Below are positions 1-12,779 of a stretch of 64,000 nucleotides of DNA, piece after piece. Under the pieces are notes generated by a model that was not told the DNA's origin, did no database searches, and saw only the letters and a program-made list of their open reading frames with translations. The DNA comes from Raillietiella orientalis (taxonomy: Eukaryota): positions 6,262,001 through 6,326,000 of the forward strand of contig JAYWIR010000004.1 of assembly GCA_036172245.1 (NCBI GenBank). Reading direction: 5' to 3'. Positions within the stretch are counted from its first letter, which is position 1. Each line of letters opens with the position of its first letter. The position numbers were made by a program, and so were the translations under genes.

Positions 1-1773
1 GCTTCTTTACTTTGCAAGACAGTATTCTTTTCGAGGAAGAAATTAATTACCAAAAATTTCTTGCGATGGAGTGCCCCATTTTAGTAAGCAATATTCTTCA
101 GTAATAGCACCTTCATTCTTCATTGAAGAATCTTACTCTGTTGAATGGAAAAGCCATTGTCACATTTTAAACATTACATGGTATATTGAGACTGCTATGC
201 TCATCAATGAACGACGTTGCACTGTACAGCAAAATTTGTCAAGATTCAATACTTTGGTTCGGCAACACCTACTTAGATGCTGACTGTGGCCACTGATATT
301 ACAAAATGACATAGTTTCTGTTGTACGATTTGAAGCAATTCGAAGAACGCAGATCTTAAATTCTACGTGCTCTCAAAACATCTGTTCATCTCAATGAAAA
401 ATACACGAATTTTGTATCAGTACTGCCAAGTTTTTAGCAATCTGGAAGATACAAGTGATTTTACTGTTTTGACGGTGAGAGAGCATCGAATATGATCCAA
501 ATGCCAATGCATATGCATGCATACCACAAAAATCCTCGAGATTCTACTAGTCAACACTTTTCTGAAAAAGTCAGTCAATACGAGCCCCACATTCAGTGAA
601 TACAACATTTTCCTTGTTAACTTGAAATTTGGAACGAAGCACTAAGGGCGTATGCTCGGGGGCTTTCTGTAAAATATTGAGGCATGAATTGTGTTGAATA
701 CTCAGAATTTTCAGTAGGGCACACAAATTCGTATCATAAAGAATTATGAGCTACAAGCTTCTCAACATTGTATTCGCTAAATTCTTAGTCCGTAAACTTA
801 ATAAGTACAGATGCATTTATCTCATCAGTACAATGAGACATTTGATGAATCATGTAATTATAGAACGTTTCGTGTGTCAATGTGCAGAACAGGGAAAACT
901 GCATGAATGTAAAAATACCATCCAGTTGCATCTTTTATTTCCGTAGACCATTCTCAGGAGCTGATTTGAAGTCCATATCTCCTCTCCTCTGCCATTTTCA
1001 ACAGATACCTCGAGATCGAGAAGAGAACTTGGCTACCTTTCGCTATTTATTCGACTTCAATTCGTTCTGTTGAGTCGAACTCAGCATACATTCATACTCA
1101 CTCATTAAACAGTAATGAGAAATTCTGATAGAGGAAATTTCAGTCTATAAAAAAGGATCATCATGCATAACTAATATAGTAATTTTTTCCTTAAATAACT
1201 GCGACATAAAGTTTGGATGCGATCGTAAATTTATGCCAAAAAATCCATTCAGTGATCGCTAAGCGTCTAATTCATAATTGATTACAGAGCTGGCAAAAAA
1301 CGCACGGGCAAAACATTCCGGTAAGTCAGGAAGAAACATATGCACCAAAAGATTTCCGCAACATCCAGGAGTAAAAACGAATGCCTGTCATCCGTTTCCC
1401 TGATTATCAGAAATCGGCATGAATTTGCCACTCGAATCAAACAAGAAAACAAAATCTGCTTCAAATAACAGCATCAAAGCGTTTCATCACTGAGGATCTC
1501 TTTCACTGTTGAGGTCATCGTATTTTCTTGAAATTATCGAGGAAGTTGGACAGTTTTCAGGAAATATGGCTTCTTTCTGAAGATGAGTTTTTGCTTGTGG
1601 CACCTTCCTTCCGAAACAAATAGGAATTTTTTTTTGTGTGTCCACTTTTTGATACATTGAAACCTGAAAAGTTTGGGTTTACTCCCCAAACACCTAAAAA
1701 CAAGAAATGCAGCTACCACCGTTTCAGTTGCTCAACCCATTTGTTGACATGGATTAGAGTTCACTTGAGCAGG

Positions 1774-1816
1774 ACAGTCATTCCACTGTCGGCACCTTGA
1801 TGCCACAGTCATTCCA
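1774..1816. repeat. 12-bp direct repeat (acagtcattcca x2) flanking a short fold-back spacer
   Basis: Copies at 1774-1785 and 1805-1816, read directly from the sequence. Confidence 0.8.
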
Positions 1817-2149
1817 TTCTTTTGATTACTTGATTCACAAACCTTCAAAGCTTCAAATTTTTCATGCATTCAAATTATAGACAAAGTTCATATATGGACA
1901 AAATCCAACGACTGGATTTCCTCGCAGCCAGATTTCATGACTTTAATCTCTTTATGTACCATCATGAAACAGATCTAAACAAGATATGCTATATTGTGAT
2001 GGTGTATTTACTAATAGAATAACGTCTTCCCATCCTCATTCTGTGGGTTGTGAACACATCATACCGCTATGGTCGAATTATGCTACGTGGGGTTGTTAAG
2101 GCTATAAAAACATCCATGGGATTCAAAAACAGGATTTCAAAACATGAAC

Positions 2150-2807
2150 GTGGAGCAAAAGTATGATAGTAAGCTCCACCAAAGCCTTCGCAAAGGTTTC
2201 CATAATTATATAGCTTCAATCCTTCATTCACACTCTTACTAGTAAGAGTTGAAACAAAAGAAATACTATTTTATTTCCAACTACTTCCATAGAGCTGTGT
2301 TGCTAACCGACGTTATTACTTCTGTCAACAAGCACACATGGTCTTGATTTGTGGCTTCTAAGTGCACGACCATGAAGATCAGTTTGTAATTCTGATTAAA
2401 TCATTCGATATCTTGCTTCTGGATTGATTTCCGTTTTGATCCACGAACACGTAAGAGTGTGATCTTTTGTTCCTTTTCTGTGGCCAGAAAATAGTTTCGT
2501 GATGATCGTCTGCTGCAATTTACCAGTCGTAAACTCTGATGGAGTGTAGATTTTTAATTTGCTGTTCGGAGAAATCCTTAAGAGAGAAGTGGTTACTGTT
2601 GCCATGTTCTGTTATGTTACTTTACAGCATTGCAATTATCAAAACTGCAAAAGACGCCTTGTTAAATACGTGTAAAAATGATACTGCCAAAGGATTAACA
2701 TCACAACTGCTTCTTGGCTCCATAGTAGTGATAGTGTGATCGAAAGGGAGGAGGATTTCTGTAGACACAAGATAAATCAGCGATAGGTAATAAACACGTC
2801 CTTCCAA
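2150..2807 (-). mobile_element. Degenerate non-LTR retrotransposon RT fragment (RTE-like)
   Basis: Frameshifted minus-strand motifs in the expected order: TTMEPRSSCDVNPLA (cf. TGVRQGCVLSPLL), IAADD at 2505-2519 (cf. YADD), WIKTEINPEARYRM (cf. GL-IN-KT-M), VHLEAT...TEVITSV (cf. YLGS...EV-RI). Confidence 0.45.
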
Positions 2808-4649
2808 TTTTGCAAAACGTGCATGTTTTAGAGAATGTGAATGGTAATCATGCTGTGCATAGCGAGTTTGCTGAGGAAAAAAAACGAAACGTAAAGTTTT
2901 TTCAATGCGGTAAGGTAAAATTAGCCCAAAGTTTATTCATTCATCCTGAGAGCACCATCTAATCAATTCGCTGCTTGCGAAGATCTAAAGGAAACGAAAA
3001 TTAAACGAATGAGGTTTTCCACCTGTGCATTTTTAGAATTACCAGACTGCCGTGATAAGATTCGTTCGATTGATGATGAAATGCCCAAAATGTGCACTCT
3101 TATGCAAAGTAAAAACTTCGTGGTCCGGATGCATCATCCTCTAAATACTCACTGAGTTTGCTTCCAAAACACGTTTTCTTCATTTTCTCTGCAGTCGGTG
3201 CAAAGCATGATGATTTGAGGTAACGGACTGCACAGATGCCAATATGTTTACGTCTCAATAATGACGACACACTCTTGCGTTGCTCCTGTGACGCAAAACT
3301 TATGCTATCTTTTGGCTTCACATTCTGAATATTCCAGGATCTTGAATAGAACTTTCCTCAGAAGAAATCGATGTGACTTGAGTGCACTTTTTCGTTTTGC
3401 CCTCATCGTTATTGTTTAAAGAGTAAAATTGTCCTCGATACAGCTGCTCTTTGTCCACTAGGCGTTTGAAGCCGATTAAAAACCCACTCGGCTTGCATAG
3501 AAGGCAGCCAGTGAGACAGAAAGGGGAACCTGCACGTTTCCTCCTATTCACAGGCCCTTTGTCTTTTCTCTTCCCTTTTGTCGGTTTGTTGTTTTTTCGA
3601 TTGAAAAATGAAAATTTTCAAGTCCATTTCCTTCTGTTTTCGTAACACTAGCTGACCTCTTGAATGGGACCGTAATGCTCAAATCTAGCTGAATGAGCAG
3701 TTTGTTTCGTTGAAGAGACCAACAGTAGTATTTAATAAGTATCATGAATGTATAATGATTATAAACTAGTATGCATTCCCGAAAATGAAACTCTCGCATA
3801 TCTTCGAAATCATCGTTTCCTTGCTAAAACTCCTCTGTCGAGGTCATCGACATCAGAAGATCTCCGCTTTTGCACTCCATTTTTTCTCCAAATCAGCTTG
3901 AGTTGCAGTTGCTGGAGTTTCCTGTAATCTCCCGAACGCGAAAGAAGGAACTAGTGCGAACCGAGTCGATGGAGAAACGAAATGAGCAACAAGATGAAAA
4001 ACTGGGAGATGAATTGCTCAATCAGTTTCACCGCCGATGCTTGCTTTCTGCAAAGCAAAAATCTGATTTCGGCCGGATACTCGCTTTGCAATGATCTCAG
4101 CAGAGGACATGAAGAGTAGATTTCCAGGTTTCCGCCGTTTGAAAATTTCATAACATTTTGAGGTTCCCAGATCACTTTTATTTCCTTCTCATTTATTTCT
4201 TTCCACCGTGGTCTAAGGTGGCGCCATCTATTCAGGCAACAAGAAAAGCTCGAAATTTCAAGTGAAAATAACTGAATGAGGGGAAGCTCGAAGGAAAATC
4301 AGCAGCTGCAGCGAAAGCGTCAGAGTGGTCCCAGAATCGACCTGTCCTTCGACGCAGTGTTTATTTTATCCACAGGAAAAACATCCCGTGCAAAGATTCG
4401 TCATATCCTAAGCACGTGAGCCCGTTTGCCATTTACGAGCCAACGATTTCAGAGAAACGAGAAAAGCATACCCGATGATGGACTGCACAGTTTATCGGTC
4501 AACCATTTGCAGTCATCTCTCAAGTCCTGACCTTCGACTTGCACCCACTCCGCTGTGCCACCGGGTCACGCGACATTTGTCAATGCGAATCGACTATGGA
4601 CTCGGACTAGGACAAACATTCCAAACAAACATCAGTTTTGAACTCTCTC

Positions 4650-5880
4650 AACACGGCGACGTAGAAGAAGGAAGCTAGTCAGAACGTCTTGGAGAACAGA
4701 ACTGCTAATGGTTTTTATGACTCTGCAGAACCAGGACAGAATGGACAGCTCTGCCTCTCATGAAACTGCAGGACTTCCCCCTCTCTGAAGACCAATGAAA
4801 CTGAAGTCACGTTGTTCCATTCCTTTTTCCGTTTAGATGAAAACTTTCCTGATTTCTTTCTTCAGTTCTTTATGGTGATCCTGGTTTCTAAAGAGGCCAT
4901 CTGAGACTCGGTTGTTTCGTCAAGGTCCCAGTCTATCACTTCAGTGAATTTGCTCGAAAGATGATCCAAGCATGGAAAGAAAAAAACACCACCGCGATAA
5001 AAATAGTCTTGTAAGACATCTCAGTCGTTTCTTCTTCGAAGCAGTAAGAAGGAAGAAGCAGTCTTTCTAGGGATATTGACTTCTAAAATTCAAAGTTATC
5101 CAAGGAAAGTAAGTTTTTTGGCTTTTCCGACCATATCCAGTCTTCTTTCCTTTTTCTTTAAAGTATCTCCGAAACTAGAACGTTGGACAGCTAGAAAAAG
5201 AGCATAAGGAAGGATTTTTCTTGTTCGACCACATGTAGCGTTTCCGGCCGTGACAACTAGTCCAGAAGAAAGCATGGATCTTGACAGCTGATGCCCATCT
5301 TTTCGCAAGCACTTTCGGTGACAGAACGTTTCTATTCTTCCTTACTCCTAGGCATTTGTGAACCTTGCTGCGTCACCAGGCGCATAGTCGCAAACTTCGA
5401 GTGAGCTTTGTAAAAAAGGCTTTGTAAATGAGAATCGCTATTTTGAACTCAGCTCCTGAAACAACAGCCTCTCATGAGCACGTTTCATTCCCAGAAGCAG
5501 ACATGAAATCTGGAAAATGACAGTGGGGGGAAACGAACTCTGCAACCGTCAGAATCCATCTAAGAGGATATTTTTCCCCCTTTCCTGTTTGTTTTCCATG
5601 ACAACACGGAGGAGCTGATGACGATGGAGCTGGGAAACCGAGAACCGATACTTGCGTCGGTGAAGGACGAGCCTCCCCAAACTCGAAAATGCCGATTCTT
5701 AGGGTCATCAGCCTTGCCAACGTCATTCAAGAGTTGTATAGGAATCTCCAGTAAATGCTCCAGGGCTGCTTGCAGCTCCAGACTCAAAGTGGATGATGCC
5801 AAACTTTGCTCAGTAGAGAGACCACAAATTTCCACATCGTGACCGGAGCCACGAAAACTCTGAGGCGGTATAGATTATCT
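4650..5880 (-). mobile_element. DIRS1-like retrotransposon relic, RT to RNase H
   Basis: Motifs across frameshifts: RLRVFVAPVTMW (GRL-F-W), KGEKYPLRWILTVAEFVSPHCHF (GG-RPI-L-LN-FV-HF), LRKDGHQL (LR-GI-L), AKKLTFLG (Q-L-FLG), RDFSFIG (TDAS-GWG). Confidence 0.5.
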
Positions 5881-6472
5881 TTCGTGGTGCTCGTTCCCGA
5901 TTTTAAAACCTGTTCTTGGTTATTTTTTTCTGCTGAGGGACCGCTAATAGTGGACCTCTGAAGAAAAAAAAATGCAAGCAAGAAATGGCCACACATTGTG
6001 GCAAAGGAAACAGCCCATAAATCAGAAGGCATCCCGTATGAACACAGAGAAATGAGGACCAAATTCCTCGGAATGCTGAGACGCATTTTACGGGAAGTTC
6101 CAATTTGCCGGGGTATCTGTTAACCAGGAAAAAAGAGACAAAAGCACGAATGGAGAGGAAGAAATTGTGTTTGCCTATGAACGCATCTCACGCGCGCGCA
6201 TGCTTTTCATTCCTTAGAATGCTCAGCAAAAGAACTTCCTGTTGCTGCGGCCGGCTGTTTTTCAAGTGATGAACAAATGAAAGTATGGTCCATCGTTTGA
6301 TGCTGTTGCCAAAATCTAATTTGGAGAGTGTGATTCGAGCTGTTTCTCCGAAACCAAGCAGAAATGGATCAAAGGCGGATTTTTCGTTTCAAGAAGACAT
6401 GTCCTACGAAAAATTGAATTCGTGTTTATTTTACGTCAGCTGATCGGAACAGGTCAGAAAGGTATGGAACAG

Positions 6473-6503
6473 TGGAGATTATGGAGCAATGGAGATTATG
6501 GAG
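6473..6503. repeat. Short tandem duplication (tggagattatggag x2, period 17)
   Basis: Copies at 6473-6486 and 6490-6503. Confidence 0.8.
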
Positions 6504-6849
6504 ATTTCGATACTGCATCGCAAAATTGTTGACAAAAAAATATAGACGAAGTCTTTACATTTGTTGATTTAGTGCAGCACTGAAGTTGCCTCATGACTTT
6601 GCGAATGTTTTTGCAATTTCTTCAGCTGAAGGTGTAGATGTGTGGTCTTTGTGTATCTGTGATAGCCTCTGAGTCTCCGATCCATGAGAGGTCTTTGCAT
6701 CCACTGAATCTCAGAGAGGAAGAAAAATCGGGATGCAATTTGAAATCTGAGTGTCTGTTTCCTTTCTAAAGTTCTTGTATTTCCACCAGCCGTTCCGATT
6801 TTCCTTCAGATTGAATATTTTTCTGGAAATGGTGAATTCTTCCTTGAGC

Positions 6850-7850
6850 TTACGGAATGATTTAGGAAACCTCTTGATGGAAGATAATACAGAAATGAAT
6901 ACTTACTCTTTCAGGCAACGGCTACACGCTGAGAGTCAGCGTGGAGAAAGAAAGATACGGTGTGATTTCCGTGCAGCTATCATGCCATCTCTCAAAATGC
7001 TTTGCTCTCCTCTTAACGTCAGAGTCCTGCTTTCTGTATTAATTCCTCAACAGCCAGTGCAAACTAATGATTTCTCTGGAAAAACTCTTGGCTTTTCAAA
7101 CTCTCGTGCTATTTTCAATGATTTTGAAAGGAGTTTCGAAAGGTTAGAAGTGCCGAAGGAATCGAAACATCTGTGCCTTGAGCATGAGCTGCTTAGGAGC
7201 GCTTAGTACTGTGGCAGGCCACGAGTAACCGTTCCATAACATCTGAATCGGAAAATCTGTGGATGCAAAAAGATGTTAGTCAGTCCCCTATGCTCACACT
7301 GAAGCGTCCGTTTCCGGCGTTGTCCTATAATGTCTCTTGAAAGTTTGTCAACAGAAGAGAATGTGATTTCGTGTAGAACTTGTTTAGAAATGCCACAGCA
7401 GGATTTCTCCAGTATGAGCTCCTGGATATCCATACTGATGGAATCAAAGATTTGATTTCGTAGCTTTTGAGGTAATAAACACATCTCTTATGTTATTATT
7501 TTCGTTGGTGACGTCATGCTCTGTGAGCAAAGCGCTCCCAGCTGTTTTAAAGTAGGTCCCCTTATTAACAGTCAGAGTAGATTGCGTGATTTGGATAAGT
7601 TCACCTCTCACTGGATGCTACGATATTTGCATGCCACTTCGGAAATCAAGGACATGACAGAAAATTTTTTCTTCTGTGCTGCCCCAAATGCCTGGCTCCT
7701 AAAATCCTGGCTTTTGTCACAATCCACCCCTCTGACAGTGTCTTCTAGGCTCAGCCTTCTAGACCCTTCCTTTCGAGCAATAAGATCAGTCGAACATTCA
7801 ACTTCCCATTTAGATTAAAATTCCTTGAACGGCTTAGGATGATCTTGCAA
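6850..7850 (+). mobile_element. DIRS1-like tyrosine recombinase (YR) relic
   Basis: FRAAIMPSL (YRSAL), FERSFERLEVPK...LEHELL (RSF-P-W-L-VL), MLRYLHATSEIKDMTENFF (L-YL-T-LF), RSVEHSTSH (V-AHSTR, the catalytic H-x-x-R region, decayed). Confidence 0.55.
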
Positions 7851-8449
7851 TTGCTAACGAGAGTCCACCAAAATAGACAAAGAGTTGGTGTGAAGAAAAG
7901 CTCTTGCAAACATTTATCTAAATTTGCGTTCTACAAATGACGTGCCCGAGGGAGCAATCGATGATGAGAATTCTTCACAATCCACAAATTGTGCTTGGTT
8001 GTCCTCTCCCTCTCATCCTCCATTCGAGATCGTAGTATAAAGAGGTTTTTTTCATCCTGTCAGAGGCCCAAACTATGCATCTCTTAGGTTTCCTCAGAGT
8101 AGTCTAAGCTTGGACACGAAAATATGGTTGCTGATTTCTCCTTCTACCTTCCGACAACCTCGGTTTGTGCACGGACGTCTTATATGGACTCTCTCCCGAG
8201 TTCTTTCCAAGTGGTTTGAAACCAGTGAAGAGAACAAAAGAACCCGATTGTGTGTGAAATGAGGTTCGCGCATCACCTTGTTCTTGTGAGCTTCTCAAAC
8301 ACTCATTGTTGTTCTTGCTATCTCGGGTGTCCGTCGGCCTGAGGTGAAGACTAGCATGCCTCCAGAATGGCAGTCCTCACCTTCGGAACCAAAACCCTAG
8401 AAAGAGATGTTTCCCAGTTAGGTTTCATCCCTCTTTTTCGGACCAAGCC

Positions 8450-9700
8450 AAGTTCTGGTTCCTCCCCAGGAGGGTAAACGCTGCAGAGAACTTCTTGCAG
8501 GAGGAAGAGAGCGTGCGTCGAATAGGGGAACTCAGTGGATCATTCTAAACGGGAGTGTGGGTCAGTGTTTCTTGTCCGCTCCATTCGAGTGGTGTTGTTT
8601 CTTCCGAGTTTCGGGAAGCGTGCGTGCCCAGAACAAGAAAATGACTCTCAGAGCTCTGCTTGCATGGAAGCTCTCACGGTCCAGATTGAGGAAGGGGAAG
8701 GAACCCTTGAATCAGTTTCAGGCCGGCCTTGGTTCCGACCACGAGGAAGGGGACAGACCCCGAAGGGAGGTCCCTTCTGGATTACTTGTGGATGAAAATC
8801 TGCATTCCTCTTTTTCGACCCCTGGGGTCTTGGCTGTTTGGCTGCTGACTTCCGTAGGACTTCAAGGGAAAATAGGAAAGAACGTTGCGTTCGAGAAGGC
8901 AAAAGTGCTCATCCTCCTCAGCTTCCGTTTCTCCTGCAAATCATCTCTTTATCTGCTTCCTTGAATCCTCATTATTCGGTGAGCTCAAGACTATGGAATC
9001 TTCCTGCCTCTGGCTCCGGACCCAGCTGCTGTTTTCTGAGAGCTGGTGGTTCGTCTTATCTTCTGTGACGTGCTTTAGGCGCCAGTCCGATTGTCAAAGA
9101 ACACTTTCTGTGCCAGGATGCTTTTTCATCCCACCCACCCAACGCCTTCCTTTAAATAATTCTGAGGTCGGGGTGGATGTGGATACCCATAAGACGGATC
9201 CACTCTGGAAAATGGGGGAAAGTTTGAATCACCAGAAACCTTGCTTTGTCTCTGTCGCTGCTCTTCTTCTTCTGGGCCATGGACATCCTTTGCTTTGTTC
9301 GCTTCTTGGTTCCTTGGATTTTTGAGACTCCCACAAGTCGGATATAAAGTCCTTTTTTTTCCTCTCTATCCCGCACGGCGAGTGCAAAAGACTGTTCCTG
9401 GAGTTTACCTGCGTTCTTGCCGAGAAGTATTCTCCTTGAAGGCCAAAGTGCACCATCCTGCCAGTGCCAGAGCTCCCGGAACAGTCTGAGGATGTCTGTA
9501 CTGGATTTCCTCCATCTTCCCGGACCACTTCTCAACATTCGAAAGGATTGATTTTTTAGTCGAACAAGGCTGCTGAAGGCTCGAGGGACCGTCGTAGTGA
9601 AATTTGACCACGAAGAGTGACCACGGCCCCTTCCTCCCCGGTTCCTTTCTCCGTACAATCTGCTCTGTGGAGCAACTTCTGCTCGGTATGCCAGAACGGC
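8450..9700 (-). mobile_element. DIRS1-like relic, end of gag plus RT
   Basis: An RG-rich stretch NRGGRGRG is followed by LAVRDREEKKGLYIRLV (EV-LL-KGAI-V), PDLRII (DLR-LN), QIFIHK*SRRDL (HIPIH-SRKYL) and FKGSFPFLNL (FKALPFGL). Confidence 0.45.
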
Positions 9701-10496
9701 AGTCCGCATCCCATAGGCTTGCTTCCTATCGAGATCTTCCCGTATACGCTGAATGTTTAGGTCGGCTGGAAAGTGAAGGAGGAAGGGTAGGGAGTCACAG
9801 CATCCTGCTCCTTTCTGGGACAGGAGACAACCTCAGAGTACTGCCTCTTCCCCGACCATCCATCACACGCTCTGTAAGAACTCTGCAAGCTTCATCTCTC
9901 TCCCTCTGGATACGCTGATAGGGTCCCTGATCTGTCGCGGTCAGCATAGTGGAGAGGGAAAGGAAGCCCTGTTTTCATGTGAAGGAATTCTCAGGATGAG
10001 CTTTCGGTCTTCCTTGTGCACTCTGGAAGGAACTCTGAGGAGCAAATCAGCCACGGGGAGCCGTGGCAACGATACGCCGGAAGTCAGCGTTGCTCAGAGG
10101 AGGGGCGAAGGAAAAGGAGAGTGCGCAGGTTCCCTTCGGTTCTGAAGCGGTTTCCGGTTCCTATCCTCCAACACGCTGCTCTCGTCTGATCGCTTCTGTT
10201 CCTCGAAGTTCCATGGAGCGACCTGTTTTTGAGAGGCAAACGAGGTCTTTCGGCGCCGGTCTCGCGCGTTTTTCCGTAAGTTGTTGTGTGTGTAAGAACT
10301 GTCCTCATCTCGAAGCGATCGGGAGGAAAAGATCGTGATGATGCGTCAGGAAGACAGGAAGGATGAGTGCTGCGACCGAGGAGTATGCGCGAGGAGAAAA
10401 GAAGTGTCGTTATGAGGCGTATCGACATGTCGCTGCTGAATGTTTGCAGCAGCGACGGCGACCGCAGCACTGCCTGACAGAGGTTCTTTCCCGCAG

Positions 10497-10707
10497 GTTT
10501 CTTGGATCCGTCACTCCGATCTGCACCTGCTATCTGTGGGGACGTACGCCTTCGTCACGGACCTGAGGTTCAAGGTCACCCACCACTCTGCGAACGAAGA
10601 CTGGATGCTGGAGATCAGGTCGGTGACCCCAGACGATTCGGGCATTTACGAGTGCCAAGTCAACCGGTCTCCGATCGAGAGCTCAAGGATTTTCCTCCTC
10701 GTGGAAG
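10497..10707 (+). CDS. dpr: dpr-family IgSF protein, internal exon encoding most of Ig1 (V-type domain)
   Basis: Acceptor ttctttcccgcag|GTT and donor GAAG|gtgagg. Translates VSWIRHSDLHLLSVGTYAFVTDLRFKVTHHSANEDWMLEIRSVTPDDSGIYECQVNRSPIESSRIFLLVE, matching the Dpr Ig1 signature VSWIR-DLHILTVG-D-RF-W-L-I-DSG-YECQV. 211 nt, phase 0 in, phase 1 out. The paralog number cannot be assigned by eye. Confidence 0.95.
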
Positions 10708-10709
10708 GT

Positions 10710-11520
10710 GAGGGCACAGCATCCTCTTCGCCATTCATCCTCACGCGCCACTCACACAAGGGGAAACCGAGCGAAGGCAAGGGGAGCGCCAGCGGCGAAA
10801 TCTCTGAAGCGAAGAATTGAAGGGGGTCGGAAAGGGGCGCTTTCTGCATCGCCAGCATCAGGCAGTACCGGAACGAGGCGAACTCATCGTTGGGGTAGAG
10901 GAGGGAGGAAGAGGACTGCTTCCGAGAGTGGAGACGATGTGCTGGAGGATGCGGATCTTCCCGGCTTTTCTCGTGGAGATCAGGAGAAGCTTCAAGAATG
11001 ATCATCCTCCTTCCTCTTTTTCTCGTCCCTGAGGCCACCTCTGGTGGTAAATACAGGGTATTTCCCGAAGACATCTTAAAAGGGGGGAGTGGAAAGAGAG
11101 GACCCACGGAAAGGGAATCAAAAAGTTGTGGTCTGAAAGGACCCGGAAATTATGGGCGCGACGGACAGCATGTGAGGATGGTTCGGAGGTAGTCGGGGAT
11201 GAAGGTGAGAAGCCACCCGGTCCGACAGCCAGTTCTTAGGGCTGTCGTGAAAGCGGCTCTCCCGTCGTGCGAGGTGGAAGAAGAGGAATCCGAGACGCCA
11301 GTCCCGTATTTACTGAGCTCGTAGAGGGGAGGCAACCAGACCTCTCGGATTCCTTGCCGATTCTCAGAGAGAGGAATTTTCAGTTCCGAAATCTCTCATC
11401 CGGAAGGCTCGCATTACCCTAGAGGATCAAAGGAAGGACTCCTGGCCTCTCCTGCGTGTAGGCAGACATCGCCCGCACACCACTCGAACGCGGAGGAAGG
11501 AATCTCTCCCTGCTGCTTTA
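10710..11520 (-). mobile_element. DIRS1-like RT relic abutting the dpr Ig1 exon donor (GC-rich, possibly gag-derived sequence continues to about 12400)
   Basis: Colinear motifs: VVCGRCL (VGGRL), GPFRPQLFD (GG-RPILD), PFKMSS (FKMET), GRRMIILE (GDWM-LD), HRLHSRK, FRYCLMLAMQKAP (YQF-CLPFGL-AP), PLALPLPSLGFPL (P-A-LRS-GI-L). Confidence 0.6.
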
Positions 11521-12779
11521 CTCTCAGAACTGCACTCTCTTGATTTCCACCCGAAGTCCATCCTTGGGATTGGGTACGTCGCTGCAACCTCCAGCAGTCC
11601 AACTCCAGTTTGTTGGCCCTTCGGGAAGTGGCCGCGAAGTCCCAACGTCTAAGCGCCTGCTGCCAAAGTTCAGACTGGGAACTGGTCTCGTCTTCGGTCC
11701 ATTTGTGCTCTCATCAGACCTCGCCCAGACCTTCTCGGAATCTCTTCCGCAGGGCGGGGCACCTGGCTGGTTGCCTGGTCCCTCGAGGTTCTTGGAAGGC
11801 GAATCAACGAGAGAAGTTGCCAGAAGTATCGGACGAAAAGTCCTCGGGCTGGATGATGGGCGGACCCTCCTTGTCTCGCAATATGAAGAGGCCATCTCGG
11901 TCGATGTCTGGATCTACCAAGTGGCATGACAGGAGGCATCCTGGCGGGGCATTGGGGCTGCACGGAAGGGCACGGTCAGAAGCTCGTCTGAAACCCCTTT
12001 CGCGTGGAGATCGATATCGTTCCTGCGGGACGGAACGGACGTGACCGCATCCTGGAAAGGTGGATGGAAAAAAACAGGTCTCCTGGGATCGTCACTTGGA
12101 TGAATGAGTTCCACCAGTTCGCCCGCAAGGGAGACTGGGTGGCGAAGCCGATGAGCCTATAGGAAAGTACGGCTGATCTGAGTCTCTTGGCATTAGAGGG
12201 GAATGTCCACGCTGACTTCTTCGAGGGCATCCTATTTGATGGTTTTCTACATACGTCCACGTCTCCGCAACTGGAGCCAGGAAGCGGATTGAGGACTTGG
12301 CAGCACCAATGATAGGGTGATCTCGAGGTTCCCTCTATCCTCTGGAAAGTCGAAAAAAGGCTTTCTACTCTTCTGTGGATCATTTTAGGGTCGCTCATGC
12401 ACTCGTTACTGTTGACTACTCTTTAGCTGTGCCGAATGCAGTCAGTTTGTTACCCTGAACACTGGTCGGAGGTTGCTGCTCCTTTAGCAGCGCACGGTCA
12501 GCATTGATTGGCATCCTTCTCCGCGTCGAAGTGTCGGGGGTTCGGAAGTAAGAAGTTTCTTCCATATATCTCCTTTAGCTGAAAAACAACTTTCAAAAAT
12601 TCCCTCCGAGTACGCCACGCTCCCCTCCCTCCTCTTTTACTTTGTTTTCCTTCTTCTTCACTTCGAATCGGAGCCTTTGGAGTGGAAGACTACAATGGTA
12701 GAAGCAACAGTTGATTTAATTTTTTTTCAAAGAGGGAGATGGGAACAGGGAAGGGGAGGGAACGTGGATATCAGTATTA

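Noticed and set aside
4203..4230. gtggtctaagg as a tRNA A-box
   Set aside because: No B-box or cloverleaf follows.
1..10496. Upstream dpr exon(s) with signal peptide and the NVT-G-A-L-C motif
   Set aside because: I scanned by eye for the motif and a phase-0 donor and found no convincing candidate. It is probably outside the window, though a divergent exon could have been missed.
10440..10820. 126-aa ORF as a single-exon gene
   Set aside because: Ig similarity is confined between the AG at 10496 and the GT at 10708. The rest is intron read-through.
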